Source: a virus. Taken from it: a stretch of DNA of 64,000 nt. Both the position numbers and the translations under genes were made by a program. The DNA lies in IMG/VR virus record IMGVR_UViG_3300025087_000053, positions 11,563 through 75,562 of that record; one strand, 5' to 3'. This document shows positions 7,717 to 17,044 of the stretch, piece by piece (position 1 is the stretch's first letter; the number at the start of each line of letters is the position of its first letter). Below the pieces are notes generated by a model. That model was not told the DNA's origin. It did not search any database and saw only the letters and a list, made by a program, of their open reading frames with translations.

Positions 7717-8304
7717 TTAAGCAGTTGCCTCTGCCGACTGCTCGTTTGCCCTCTTTTCCTTGCGAGTCTGCGTCATGTCCTTGGGAAGAAGATCGGAAAA
7801 CTTCTTAATCTCCTCTGCAGCCGCAGTCTCAAGATTCAGAAGATCATCAAGGGTGTTAACCTTCTTGAGATTCTTCTTTGTAAGAACCCTCCTCATTTCT
7901 CCAAGAACTCCAGAGAAATCCGAATAGAACTTTGAAAAACTGCCGTTTGAAAGCGAAAAACAATGCTTGTTGCTACCGATCTTGAAAACCTCACCTCCCA
8001 CCGTATACTCTCGGAAGTAATCTCCCTTATCCTCGTCGGGGATGGCAATGCGCACCTCTGCGCCACTAAGGACTGCGGTCTTTCTCACGTAAACCTTCTT
8101 CTCCGACTTAAACTCGTCGGGGAGCGTGCGATACCCAGCGTCCCAATGGCTCAAGGCATCTGTATCCGTCTTGCCATACTTGCGAAAAATCTTGTACCAA
8201 ACCACAGGCATACCATTCTTGGCCTTGCCTCGCCCAAAGCCCTTGGGCTTCTCCTCGGTCGTAGTGTTGTCGGTGACGGTCAGGGTGCTGTTATCGCTGT
8301 CCAT
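7717..8304 (-). CDS. Hypothetical protein
   Basis: ORF 7717-8340; probable start MDSDN downstream of promoter. Confidence 0.7.
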   Translation of the reverse strand: MDSDNSTLTVTDNTTTEEKPKGFGRGKAKNGMPVVWYKIFRKYGKTDTDALSHWDAGYRTLPDEFKSEKKVYVRKTAVLSGAEVRIAIPDEDKGDYFREYTVGGEVFKIGSNKHCFSLSNGSFSKFYSDFSGVLGEMRRVLTKKNLKKVNTLDDLLNLETAAAEEIKKFSDLLPKDMTQTRKEKRANEQSAEATA

Positions 8305-8345
8305 TTTACTTCTCTCTTTCAAGTTTGTTGTCCAAGACAAAAACT

Positions 8346-8374
8346 ATATTATTCGATCTCTCTCTAAAAGTCAA
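8346..8374 (-). promoter_or_regulatory. Sigma70-type promoter
   Basis: TTGACT-17-TAATAT. Confidence 0.65.
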
Positions 8375-8376
8375 GA

Positions 8377-8643
8377 TTAAATCATCGGAGCGCGGCCGAA
8401 ATAATCGTCCTTCAAAGCTTCCATGATCTTCTTGGACATCTTCACAGTCCATTCATTCCTGAGATCACACTGGTCCTCCATCTCAGACCAACGCTTGATG
8501 CAAGCCAGAAAAAGACCAAAGACAGACTGTTGCAGCGTCCTGTGCTGACGAGTGATTGCATCAACAAATGGCTTTTCATCATAGCAGCAGTTGTTAACAA
8601 GGCTTGCAATCTGCTCTGCCGTCTTCTCTGCGTCAAGGTTCAT
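8377..8643 (-). CDS. Hypothetical protein
   Basis: ORF with HRTLQQS motif, operon orientation. Confidence 0.65.
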   Translation of the reverse strand: MNLDAEKTAEQIASLVNNCCYDEKPFVDAITRQHRTLQQSVFGLFLACIKRWSEMEDQCDLRNEWTVKMSKKIMEALKDDYFGRAPMI

Positions 8644-8677
8644 TTTTTTCTCTCTTGTTCGCCCTGTTTTAGGAATT

Positions 8678-8951
8678 CCCCTTCGAGACTTAAACCATGA
8701 ACTCCTTAGTTAACAAGTTAACACGGACGCTCGATTCCTGCCCATGAGAACGTTTCGTGCTGGCCGTAAGACCAGAACCAGAGCTTTCTTGACAGAAGGC
8801 TATCCCCGCCAAGGCGGCGGTTCTTTCATAAGTCGTAGTACAAAACTTCGACACGCTATAATTATAGCACACGAAGTGAAACATGTTGACTTTTTTTGCA
8901 AATTCGTTGTTTTATTCAGCAGTTTATTAACTACAGTTCAAGTCTCAAACG
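8678..8951 (-). mobile_element. Mini TnpB element E3 (274 bp, inverted orientation)
   Basis: Reverse-complement copy with both ends and the same internal deletion as E2. Confidence 0.9.
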
Positions 8952-9002
8952 CCTTGGAAATCTCAAGCTCTGGTTTTTCCACTGTATTCTCCAAGGGTTT
9001 AA

Positions 9003-9608
9003 TTAAAACCGGCAACCTGCCTTCTTCAACAGCTTCACGACCTCAACATGGCCGTTTTCCGAAGCCCATAGGATGGCACGGTTGTCACCGGCCGTTGGAT
9101 CAACCCTTTTGTCGGAAAGAAGAATCTTCACGACCTCAACATGGCCGTTTTCCGAAGCCCATAGGATGGCACGGTTGTCACCGGCCGTTGGATCAACCCT
9201 CTTGTCGGAAAGAAGAATCTTCAAGACCTCAACATGGCCTCTTTCCGAAGCCACTCGGATGGCATAGTTGTCATCGGCCGTTGGATCAACTCCGCAATCC
9301 AAAAGAGTTCTCCACGTCGAAGCTTTCTTCAAAGACATCCGAGGACCAAGAAGAATCTTGTTTGCCTTCCACTTGCTCCCACTTGGGTCCTTATAAATCT
9401 GCAAATCCTCGTCGTTTGGAAACGTCACCTCTCTGATCCACGGGCCGTAATTAAGGAATTCGCAGATATGCTTTTCGTCGGAGAAATATATTCCTCCGGA
9501 AGTACAGGTTCCTTGAGGATTAAAGGGCAAGACATCGACATTAAGCCCCGTCTTGTAATGCATTCCATGGTGGCACTCGTCGTCATTAAGAATCTTGAAG
9601 AACGGCAT
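9003..9608 (-). CDS. Ankyrin repeat protein B (3 repeats)
   Basis: N-domain nearly identical to gene A; 93-bp repeats. Confidence 0.92.
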   Translation of the reverse strand: MPFFKILNDDECHHGMHYKTGLNVDVLPFNPQGTCTSGGIYFSDEKHICEFLNYGPWIREVTFPNDEDLQIYKDPSGSKWKANKILLGPRMSLKKASTWRTLLDCGVDPTADDNYAIRVASERGHVEVLKILLSDKRVDPTAGDNRAILWASENGHVEVVKILLSDKRVDPTAGDNRAILWASENGHVEVVKLLKKAGCRF

Positions 9609-9644
9609 GGGGATGTCCTTTGTTAGAAGATTGAGTTCTTACCG

Positions 9645-9673
9645 AGGATATCAAAAACAAAAGAAGATGTCAA
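9645..9673 (-). promoter_or_regulatory. Sigma70-type promoter of ankyrin gene B
   Basis: TTGACA-17-TATCCT; near-identical to 12542-12570. Confidence 0.7.
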
Positions 9674-9939
9674 GCGGGTTCTTTACCGCTTTCTTCTATT
9701 TTCTTTTTTGCGTCTTTCGGGCAGCAGTCTGGACAATAAAGAATCGCCTTTGGTTCCGGTTGCGAAAAAACCTCGACGTACCACTCTTTTACAGATTCTT
9801 TAGTCTTTACAAATTCTTTGTTACAAACAGAACAATGGTCGGTTTTCATCATTAAAGAAGAAGAAGCTTTAATTTCTTTTGCAATCTTCTTAACAAACTG
9901 ATTAACTTTCTTTCTTCTTATCTTTCTTTCGAAGCTCAT
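9670..9939 (-). CDS. Hypothetical zinc-binding protein
   Basis: CSVC...CPDC. Confidence 0.6.
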   Translation of the reverse strand: MSFERKIRRKKVNQFVKKIAKEIKASSSLMMKTDHCSVCNKEFVKTKESVKEWYVEVFSQPEPKAILYCPDCCPKDAKKKIEESGKEPA

Positions 9940-10145
9940 TAGTCACCATCTTTCTTTCCAATAGAAGAAGAATAAAGATCCTTACCCCAACCGCCTCCCT
10001 TTAGAACAAAGGTAGTTTTATAATTTGTTTGCTTCTCTGTTTCTTCAGAAGAACAATCGGGACATTTAATAGACCCTCGCCCTTTCGTCACAATCTCTTC
10101 AAATCTCTTCCCGCATTTCTGACAAACAAACTCGAACAAGGGCAT
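9939..10145 (-). CDS. FmdB-family zinc ribbon protein
   Basis: MPLFEFVCQKCGKRFE...CPDC...FVLKGGGW. Confidence 0.85.
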   Translation of the reverse strand: MPLFEFVCQKCGKRFEEIVTKGRGSIKCPDCSSEETEKQTNYKTTFVLKGGGWGKDLYSSSIGKKDGD

Positions 10146-10180
10146 TGTACATTCTCCTGCGTGTATACGCATATATATAT

Positions 10181-10456
10181 TTATTTAATTATATCTCTCG
10201 CTTTTGGGGTAGAGCACCACATGAGGTCTCCTGGATATGTCGAACTATGGATATAACTTACCATATCTTTTGCCCAAAGCTTCATTAAAGAGTCTATTAC
10301 CATAGCGTTTGAATATCCTGACTCTTCTACAATATATTCCTGAGAAAGATAAGACCTTGCGGCACAGGTTCTTAATATATTTTTGTCTCTCTTGTCTTCT
10401 GCTCTCAACAAGGCTTTTAAAATCTTTTCTTCGTACACTGTTAGTTTGTTTTCCAC
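10181..10456 (-). CDS. Putative winged-helix protein
   Basis: LSQEYIVEESGYSNAMVIDSLMKL HTH-like pattern; GTG start. Confidence 0.45.
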   Translation of the reverse strand: MENKLTVYEEKILKALLRAEDKRDKNILRTCAARSYLSQEYIVEESGYSNAMVIDSLMKLWAKDMVSYIHSSTYPGDLMWCSTPKARDIIK

Positions 10457-10464
10457 TATTTTAA

Positions 10465-11028
10465 TTAGTCTATATAATCTAGTCCTTCACCCCAAAAGTT
10501 CGGATTTTTTCTTTCCCATACAACAAAATAACCCGAAAGAACAGAAATATTATCTCTCTTAAAGACTTTGTATGGATGTCGCGTAGCAGCACTTATAGTT
10601 CCATATTTTGGTCTTGGCTTGGATTTTTGAAACTTCTTTCTCTTAGGAATCTGATTAAGAAAATTCATGCACCCGTCCAAGAACACACTTACGTCATATT
10701 CTGCAAGATATTCTTCAAGCATTTTCTCAAGTGGATACAAATATCCTACAATTGCATACCACTTGTTTCCTCCTTTATCGTTGGAGCGAAAATTATCAAA
10801 GCTCAGCACCGTTGCGCTATATCTTGCTTTCTTCTTTTCTTCTGAACAGCTTAAAGAAAATCCTCTTTCTGGAATCTCCAAGAAGTCGCAAGGAATCAAA
10901 AACTTATTTGTCTCTTCAAAAGAATCCTCTTCTACTTGCTCTTCTTCCGGAAGGCTTATGGAAGATTCTCCAACGCCCAACTTCTCCATCTTCTGTAAGA
11001 TATCAAGTGCCGATGTCTTTTGTGTCAT
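10465..11028 (-). CDS. Hypothetical protein
   Basis: 187-aa ORF. Confidence 0.7.
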   Translation of the reverse strand: MTQKTSALDILQKMEKLGVGESSISLPEEEQVEEDSFEETNKFLIPCDFLEIPERGFSLSCSEEKKKARYSATVLSFDNFRSNDKGGNKWYAIVGYLYPLEKMLEEYLAEYDVSVFLDGCMNFLNQIPKRKKFQKSKPRPKYGTISAATRHPYKVFKRDNISVLSGYFVVWERKNPNFWGEGLDYID

Positions 11029-11824
11029 ATAGATATTTCTCTTTCACAACAAATTGCTTCTTTGTCTTGGGAGAAATCACCAGATAAGGTCGACTTCCCT
11101 TCGACACAGATTGAATTGTTTGATCTTTATTATCCAAAACGATAACATCTTCTGTTGTAATCTTGGTTTTATCCTGCGAAGCGTAATACTTTCTGTTCTT
11201 ATTAAAATTGTTCGGACGATAAACCCTAACTAACTGTCCCTCTTCAAACTTCGGAGGTTCAAGATAAACTCTCCACACTCTATTAGACCACTTGTTATGA
11301 CAAATGTAAAGATAGTCTGAGTAGTTTTGCGGAGGACGAATAAAATATTTATTACTCGACGCATCCCAAAGTTGTGTTTTAGAGAAAATGCTTCTAGCGT
11401 TGGGATATTGAGCGCACAAACTCCAGTTTGCAGACTTGTTGCCAGCACCCAGCGAGAAATTATAATACCCTAAACAAGCTTCCCACCGTTCCTTACATCT
11501 TTCGGTGTTTTCTTCAAACCATTTAGAAAAGCCTTTACCGCCAAAGCAATCATATACCTTTTCTCTTGAGAACAAATCGTTTGCCATTACACTAATAAAC
11601 GAAAGTTGCCCAACGGAAAGAGTTGTGATTCTCGCTTTGCTAAGCAGATCAAGATAATAGCTTTGATATTTATTTTTCCAAATCTCCCAATGAGGAGACT
11701 TGTTTCCTTTTAGGTTTTCATTTAGAGTCTTCAAATACTTAAGGTTTTGTTTTGTTACCTCATCCAAACTAGACGGATATTCCGGCTCAATTGGCATGTT
11801 CTTAAAAAGAATCGGATTAAACAT
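11003..11824 (-). CDS. Hypothetical protein
   Basis: 273-aa ORF overlapping its neighbours. Confidence 0.7.
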   Translation of the reverse strand: MFNPILFKNMPIEPEYPSSLDEVTKQNLKYLKTLNENLKGNKSPHWEIWKNKYQSYYLDLLSKARITTLSVGQLSFISVMANDLFSREKVYDCFGGKGFSKWFEENTERCKERWEACLGYYNFSLGAGNKSANWSLCAQYPNARSIFSKTQLWDASSNKYFIRPPQNYSDYLYICHNKWSNRVWRVYLEPPKFEEGQLVRVYRPNNFNKNRKYYASQDKTKITTEDVIVLDNKDQTIQSVSKGSRPYLVISPKTKKQFVVKEKYLYDTKDIGT

Positions 11825-12506
11825 GGCAACCCGCTTTCGACAACAGCTTCACAACTTCGTAGTGGCCTGCTTGCGAAGCCACTAGGAGGGCATAGTTGTT
11901 GTCGACCGTTGGATCAACCCTCTCGTCGGCAAGAAGAATCCTCACGACCTCTGCATGTCCTTTTAACGAAGCCCATCGGATGGCACAATTGTATGAATCC
12001 GCTGGATCGACTCTCTTATCGGCAAGGAGAGCCTTCACAACTTTACTGTGACCTTGCTTCGAAGCCCATCGGATGGCAGCGTTGCTATCGTCCGCTGGAT
12101 TAGCCCTTTTGTCGGAAAGAAAAAGCTTCACAGCTTCAACATAACCACTATACGAAACCTTTTGGAGTGCGCTGTTCGTTGGAACAACCCCGCAATCCAA
12201 AAGAGTTCTCCACGTCGACGCCTTCTTCAAAGACATCCGAGGACCAAGAAGAATCTTGTTTGCCTTCCACTTGCTCCCACCGGGGTCCTTATAAATCTGC
12301 AAATCCTTGTCGTTTGGGAACGTCACCTCTCGGATCCACGGGCCATATCTAAGGAAATCGCAGATGTGCTTTTCGTCGGAGAAATACAAACCTCCGGGGT
12401 CACAACTTCCGCTAGGATTAAACGGCAAAATGTCGACGTTAAGACCCGTTTTATACTTCATTCCATAGTGGCGCTCGTTGTCGTGAAGAATCTTAAAGAA
12501 CGGCAT
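11817..12506 (-). CDS. Ankyrin repeat protein C (more diverged paralogue)
   Basis: Same N-domain as A and B, 4 repeats. Confidence 0.92.
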   Translation of the reverse strand: MPFFKILHDNERHYGMKYKTGLNVDILPFNPSGSCDPGGLYFSDEKHICDFLRYGPWIREVTFPNDKDLQIYKDPGGSKWKANKILLGPRMSLKKASTWRTLLDCGVVPTNSALQKVSYSGYVEAVKLFLSDKRANPADDSNAAIRWASKQGHSKVVKALLADKRVDPADSYNCAIRWASLKGHAEVVRILLADERVDPTVDNNYALLVASQAGHYEVVKLLSKAGCHV

Positions 12507-12541
12507 GGCGATATCCTTTGGTAAAAGCTAAATTCTTGCCG

Positions 12542-12570
12542 AGGATAACAAAAACAAAAGAGGATGTCAA
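12542..12570 (-). promoter_or_regulatory. Sigma70-type promoter of ankyrin gene C
   Basis: TTGACA-17-TATCCT. Confidence 0.7.
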
Positions 12571-12573
12571 TAG

Positions 12574-14181
12574 CTATTTTTTAACGAGAACACAACTTAG
12601 CGTAATTAACATGGAGGCGGCGCTAAGAGCGTTGAGAAGCGCAAACACTTCTACTTTCGTAGGATCAAGAATCCCGGCCCCAATCATATCAGGTACAAAA
12701 CCTCTTGTCAAGAAATTATACCCTTTCCATAAACTTTTGTTTTTATTTCTTTTATTTCTCTTTAGCACCTCTGAAGAAAGAGAATCAAAGCTAACGCCAG
12801 AATTGCCACAAAGCTTTCTGAATGGAGAAGATAGGGCATTTTTAATGATTTGAGCACCATGTTTTTGTTCCTCTGTTTTAAAATCGCACATCTTTAAAGA
12901 TTCGGATTGAAGCAGCAAGGGGATGCCTCCACCAGGAAGATACCCATGTTCTAGAGAAGACTTAACCGCCTCTAAAGAGTCCTGAACTCTGTGCGTTTTT
13001 TCTATTGCTTCTGCTTCTGTATACCCTCCAACACGTATAACCGCAGCTCCAGAAGAAAGTCTAGAAATTCTTCCTTCAAGAATCTTTTGTTTTATTTCGC
13101 TCTCTTCTCGGCGAAGCTCTTCTTTTAATTCTTCTGTCTTGGCAAGTATCTTTGCTTGCTCTCCTCCTCCACCAACGAAAGTAGAAACATTTTTATAAAT
13201 CTCTACTGATTTGACTCGACCAAGATGTACCATTCTGGTTTTTTCTAAAGTCAGCATCGCACTATCATAAGGAGAAATAAACTCTGCTCCAGTGACAAGA
13301 GCCAAATCTTTAAGTATCTCTTTTCTTTCTTCACCAAAAGCGGGAGGACTTACCACCGCAATTTTCATTGTGTTGTTGATTGCGTTTAATATAACAGCCG
13401 ATAAAGCCTGACCCTCCACCTCTTCCGCGATAATTACCAAAGGCTTTCCTTCTTTTGCTGCCATGGTCAGAATACCCATTATTTGCTCAACAAAAGAAAC
13501 TCTCTGATCTGTTACCAACACCAATGCGTCGTTATATCTTACGGAATTTGTTCTATGGTCGTTTACAAGCGCCGAAGAAACATAGCCTGAGTTAAATCGA
13601 AATCCGTCGATATATTCAACAACGGTATCAAAAGACTTCGACATTTCAACCACAATTGAGCCATCTTTCCCTATGTTTGAAACAACATCCTCTATTAGAT
13701 TCCCAATAACTTCGTCGCCATTTGCAGAAATTGTCGCAATACTTTTAATTTGTTCTGTTGAGTCAACCTTGAGAGAACTCTTTTTCAATTCTTCTACAAC
13801 TTTTTCTACAGCTTTTTCCATTCCCACTTTAAGTTCGTTGGGATTGTCGCCAAGATCAAGATATTTCAAAGAAGAGAAAAAGATATTCGCGGCCAACACA
13901 ATACTTGTCGTAGTTCCATCACCTGCGTTGATGTTTGTGGAAATTGCAGCTTGCTTTAATATTTGTACTATGGCATTTATAATCGGGTCATCTGATTCAA
14001 CAAACTTCGCAACAGTTACACCGTCTTTCGTTTGGACGGGCGAACCATCTCCGCTCTTTAAAAGAACCGTTTTACCAGCAGGACCCATTGTTGACGATAC
14101 AGGAAAATAAATAAGTTCTATCGCCTTTAGAACTTTTTCTCTAAGCTCACGAGAATCCATTTCATGAAAATTCATTCTCAA
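12574..14181 (-). CDS. groEL: Chaperonin GroEL (phage-encoded)
   Basis: TMGPAG, TKDGVTVAK, AGDGTTT, ATISANGD, GILDPTKV. Confidence 0.97.
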   Translation of the reverse strand: MRMNFHEMDSRELREKVLKAIELIYFPVSSTMGPAGKTVLLKSGDGSPVQTKDGVTVAKFVESDDPIINAIVQILKQAAISTNINAGDGTTTSIVLAANIFFSSLKYLDLGDNPNELKVGMEKAVEKVVEELKKSSLKVDSTEQIKSIATISANGDEVIGNLIEDVVSNIGKDGSIVVEMSKSFDTVVEYIDGFRFNSGYVSSALVNDHRTNSVRYNDALVLVTDQRVSFVEQIMGILTMAAKEGKPLVIIAEEVEGQALSAVILNAINNTMKIAVVSPPAFGEERKEILKDLALVTGAEFISPYDSAMLTLEKTRMVHLGRVKSVEIYKNVSTFVGGGGEQAKILAKTEELKEELRREESEIKQKILEGRISRLSSGAAVIRVGGYTEAEAIEKTHRVQDSLEAVKSSLEHGYLPGGGIPLLLQSESLKMCDFKTEEQKHGAQIIKNALSSPFRKLCGNSGVSFDSLSSEVLKRNKRNKNKSLWKGYNFLTRGFVPDMIGAGILDPTKVEVFALLNALSAASMLITLSCVLVKK

Positions 14182-14918
14182 ACCTCTTTCAACAGTTGTT
14201 CAATATCTAAAGCTCCATAACAATCCTGTTTTTCTCTATTGATATGATAATGATGAATAAACCCCTTACAAGAGTTATGGATAAATGTTGCTTTATTCCC
14301 ATTCAAAGTCTGCAAAGGAAGATGAAAGAAAAGATGAAAAGCCTTCCAAAGCTCTTTTAAAGCCTCTAGTTGTATTGGATAAAATCCTAATATCTTCCCA
14401 AGTTTAACACCATTCACTCTATCCTGGGTTTCTATAATCGGTCGTGCTCCAAATCCATTCTTCTCATACCAATCTTGGTATTTTAGTTCTACAGCGTTTG
14501 TTATTTCAACTCCAACGCTTTTTGCATTATAGGGCTTTGCGTGCTGAGCAATGTCCGCAATGTCACACATTTGATATATCGTTCCATCGTTGTCAATAGA
14601 AAAATGAACACTCAATCCTCTATGTTCCAATACAGAATAGCAATCTCGCGAGGACAAACAAGCATCCCAATGGTTAACAAATAAATTAATCTCTCTGGTC
14701 CCCTTAACACTTACTACATTCTTATTCCTCATTCCTCCTGGCTCTGTGAAGTCGACAACAGGCCAGGCAATGGGGACTGAAGCTGTTCTCCGATAGATAA
14801 GAAAATTTTCCTCTTTTAAACTAGGCTTCTGGGGCACATAGGTTATGCCTTTCTCCAGATTATAGTTGGAAATATTCTCTCTCGCGAGAGCTGAGAGGTC
14901 TTCTTTGGTTTTTGTCAT
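14178..14918 (-). CDS. N-acetylmuramoyl-L-alanine amidase (Amidase_2), putative endolysin
   Basis: FVNHWD, SVHFSIDNDGTIYQ, AQHA..YN..SVGVEI, HYHI; native start MTKTK; alternative start 14939 inside E4. Confidence 0.85.
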   Translation of the reverse strand: MTKTKEDLSALARENISNYNLEKGITYVPQKPSLKEENFLIYRRTASVPIAWPVVDFTEPGGMRNKNVVSVKGTREINLFVNHWDACLSSRDCYSVLEHRGLSVHFSIDNDGTIYQMCDIADIAQHAKPYNAKSVGVEITNAVELKYQDWYEKNGFGARPIIETQDRVNGVKLGKILGFYPIQLEALKELWKAFHLFFHLPLQTLNGNKATFIHNSCKGFIHHYHINREKQDCYGALDIEQLLKEV

Positions 14919-14920
14919 CG

Positions 14921-16307
14921 CATTCGAGATTTGAACCATGAACTCCTTAGTTAACATGGGTTTAAATCTTCTCCTCCTGTTAAAAAGAATGAATTTGAAA
15001 AAAAGTCAACATATTTCACTTCGTGTGCTATAATTATAGTGTGCCGAAACATCATTCTACAACTTCCGAAAATAACCTCCCCACAACTATCCTCGGCCAA
15101 CGCATTCGGCTGGATCTTAATAACGTCCAAACATCTTTTTTTGAACGATGCGCCGGTGCTTCCCGTTTCGTCTACAACTGGGGATTGGACCGCTGGAAAG
15201 CTCAGTACGAGGCTGGTGGAAAACCGTCGTGGGTTAGTCTTAGCTCTGAACTGAATGCCTGTAAAACTACCGAATTTCCCTGGATGATCAAGCTGCCGTG
15301 GGCTGTTCCCTCTACGGCGCTGTCCAACCTCGGCAATGCTTTCTCCAACTTCTTTCGTCGTGTTAAATCTGGCCAAAAGCCCGGTTATCCCCGTTTCAAG
15401 TCGAAGAAACGGAACAAAGCAGCCTTTGCCATCGAGGGCCGAGCCCTTCGTTTTGACGGCCGAAGAGTTAAAATTCCCAAACTCGGCTGGGTCCGCACCC
15501 GACAAGAGATAAGATTCCCCGGCAAAATCTTGTCCGCTCACTTTACGAAACATGCCGGTCATTGGTACGTCTCGATTCAAGTTCAAGTCTCCGACTCCTG
15601 GTCTTATCCTCACCGCTGCGAAACCCAAGAAACGGTTGGAGTGGACCTCGGACTTCGAGACCTTGCCGTGTTTTCCACTGGAGAACGGGTCGAGGCTCCA
15701 CGCATTCTGCGTGCTCATGAAACCCGACTGCGACGACTCAACAAGGAAATGTCTCGTCGCGTCATAGGAGGAAGAAATTGGCAGAAGACTAAAACGAAGC
15801 TTAGTCGGCTGCATGAACGGATTTCCAACATCCGCAAAGACGTAACGCATAAGCTTACCGCTCGGCTGGTCCGAGACTTCCGTCGGATTGGAATCGAGGA
15901 CTTGAACGTCAAGGGAATGATGGCAAATCACCATCTTACCAAGTCGATTGCGGATGCTTCCCTGTCGGAAATTAGGCGTCAGCTCACGTATAAGGCTCCG
16001 CTTGCCGGCAGCGAAATCGTTGTTGCAGACCGCTGGTTCCCCTCTTCCAAGCTGTGTTCCGACTGCAGAACAAGACGAGAAGAGCCGTTGCCTTTGTCTG
16101 TCCGAGAATGGGTTTGCGAAGCCTGCGGGGTTGTCCACGACCGAGACATCAACGCAGCCATTAATCTTAGAACCGCCGCCCTGGCGGGGATAGCCTGCTG
16201 TCAAGAAAGCTCTGGTTCTGGCCTTACGGCCAGAACGAAACTCTCTCATGGGCAGGAATCGAGCAGCCGTGTTAACTAAGAAGTTCATAGTTTAAGTCTC
16301 GAAGGGG
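14921..16307 (+). mobile_element. IS607-type TnpB-only element, copy 4 (E4, 1387 bp)
   Basis: ~40-bp imperfect terminal inverted repeats; removal restores clpP stop-AAGGGG-10 nt-ATG of the amidase. Confidence 0.92.
15023..16279 (+). CDS. tnpB: RNA-guided endonuclease TnpB
   Basis: Close paralogue of 3769-5025; RuvC D/E/D and zinc finger intact. Confidence 0.95.
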   Translation: MCYNYSVPKHHSTTSENNLPTTILGQRIRLDLNNVQTSFFERCAGASRFVYNWGLDRWKAQYEAGGKPSWVSLSSELNACKTTEFPWMIKLPWAVPSTALSNLGNAFSNFFRRVKSGQKPGYPRFKSKKRNKAAFAIEGRALRFDGRRVKIPKLGWVRTRQEIRFPGKILSAHFTKHAGHWYVSIQVQVSDSWSYPHRCETQETVGVDLGLRDLAVFSTGERVEAPRILRAHETRLRRLNKEMSRRVIGGRNWQKTKTKLSRLHERISNIRKDVTHKLTARLVRDFRRIGIEDLNVKGMMANHHLTKSIADASLSEIRRQLTYKAPLAGSEIVVADRWFPSSKLCSDCRTRREEPLPLSVREWVCEACGVVHDRDINAAINLRTAALAGIACCQESSGSGLTARTKLSHGQESSSRVN

Positions 16308-16319
16308 ATGTCTAGCCCC

Positions 16320-17018
16320 TTAAATAATCTCGTCGATTATCCCATACTCAAGAGCTTTTTGTGCAGAGAAGTAGTGGTTTCTCACCTTAAGAAACTTTTT
16401 TAAGTCTCTCTCGGTAAGCTTTGAATTTTCCAGAAGAATTCTGCAATAGGTATCTTGCAAAACAGTAATTTCTGCAGAATGTTCTTTCATTGCCGGGTAT
16501 GAACCTTCAAAAGAGGCGATTACATTATGAATCATAAATCTACAGTTTTCAGTAGCTCTTCTCTTTGTACCGCCAATTAAAAGTATTGTAGCAGCAGATT
16601 GACATGTGCCAATAGCAGTAGTGATTATTTCAAATCCCTGTCTCTTTATGATCTGCATCATGTCATAAACACCCAAAGTTCCCTCCACTATCCCACCCGT
16701 AGAAGAAACTAAAATCTCAAAAGGCTCTTTTACTACTTCTTCTTCTCCGGTTTCTTCGTTTTTGTAAAGATATAGACCTTTTGCTGCGAGGGAAAGCATT
16801 TGAAACGTTGCGCTAGCACAAACGTCTTCTGTTATCTGTCCGTATACACCAACAACTCTTAAAGGATTAGAGTCTTCCGGAGAAACAAAAAGTCCCTTAT
16901 CCTCATCATCCTCGCCCTGCTCACAATGGTCGCATAGCTTAGTATAAACCTTTTTATTTACTTCGCATACACTACGAAGTTTATTTGAATTTTTCATGAA
17001 TTCTCCGGGTTCGGTCAT
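16320..17018 (-). CDS. clpP: ClpP-like protease
   Basis: SSTGG, IGTCQSAAT (catalytic Ser), RFMIHN (His), YFSAQKALEYGIIDEI. Confidence 0.9.
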   Translation of the reverse strand: MTEPGEFMKNSNKLRSVCEVNKKVYTKLCDHCEQGEDDEDKGLFVSPEDSNPLRVVGVYGQITEDVCASATFQMLSLAAKGLYLYKNEETGEEEVVKEPFEILVSSTGGIVEGTLGVYDMMQIIKRQGFEIITTAIGTCQSAATILLIGGTKRRATENCRFMIHNVIASFEGSYPAMKEHSAEITVLQDTYCRILLENSKLTERDLKKFLKVRNHYFSAQKALEYGIIDEII

Positions 17019-17044
17019 ACAGACCGAAGGGGTTATTTTTTATT

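Noticed and set aside
9003-9020. Eukaryotic CaaX prenylation motif at ankyrin C-termini (GCRF, GCHV)
   Set aside because: Cys is third from the end, not fourth, and its position varies in paralogues E and F
14921-14960. tRNA-like GGTTCAAATC in the element ends
   Set aside because: The flanking bases do not form a T stem or acceptor stem; it is part of the terminal inverted repeat
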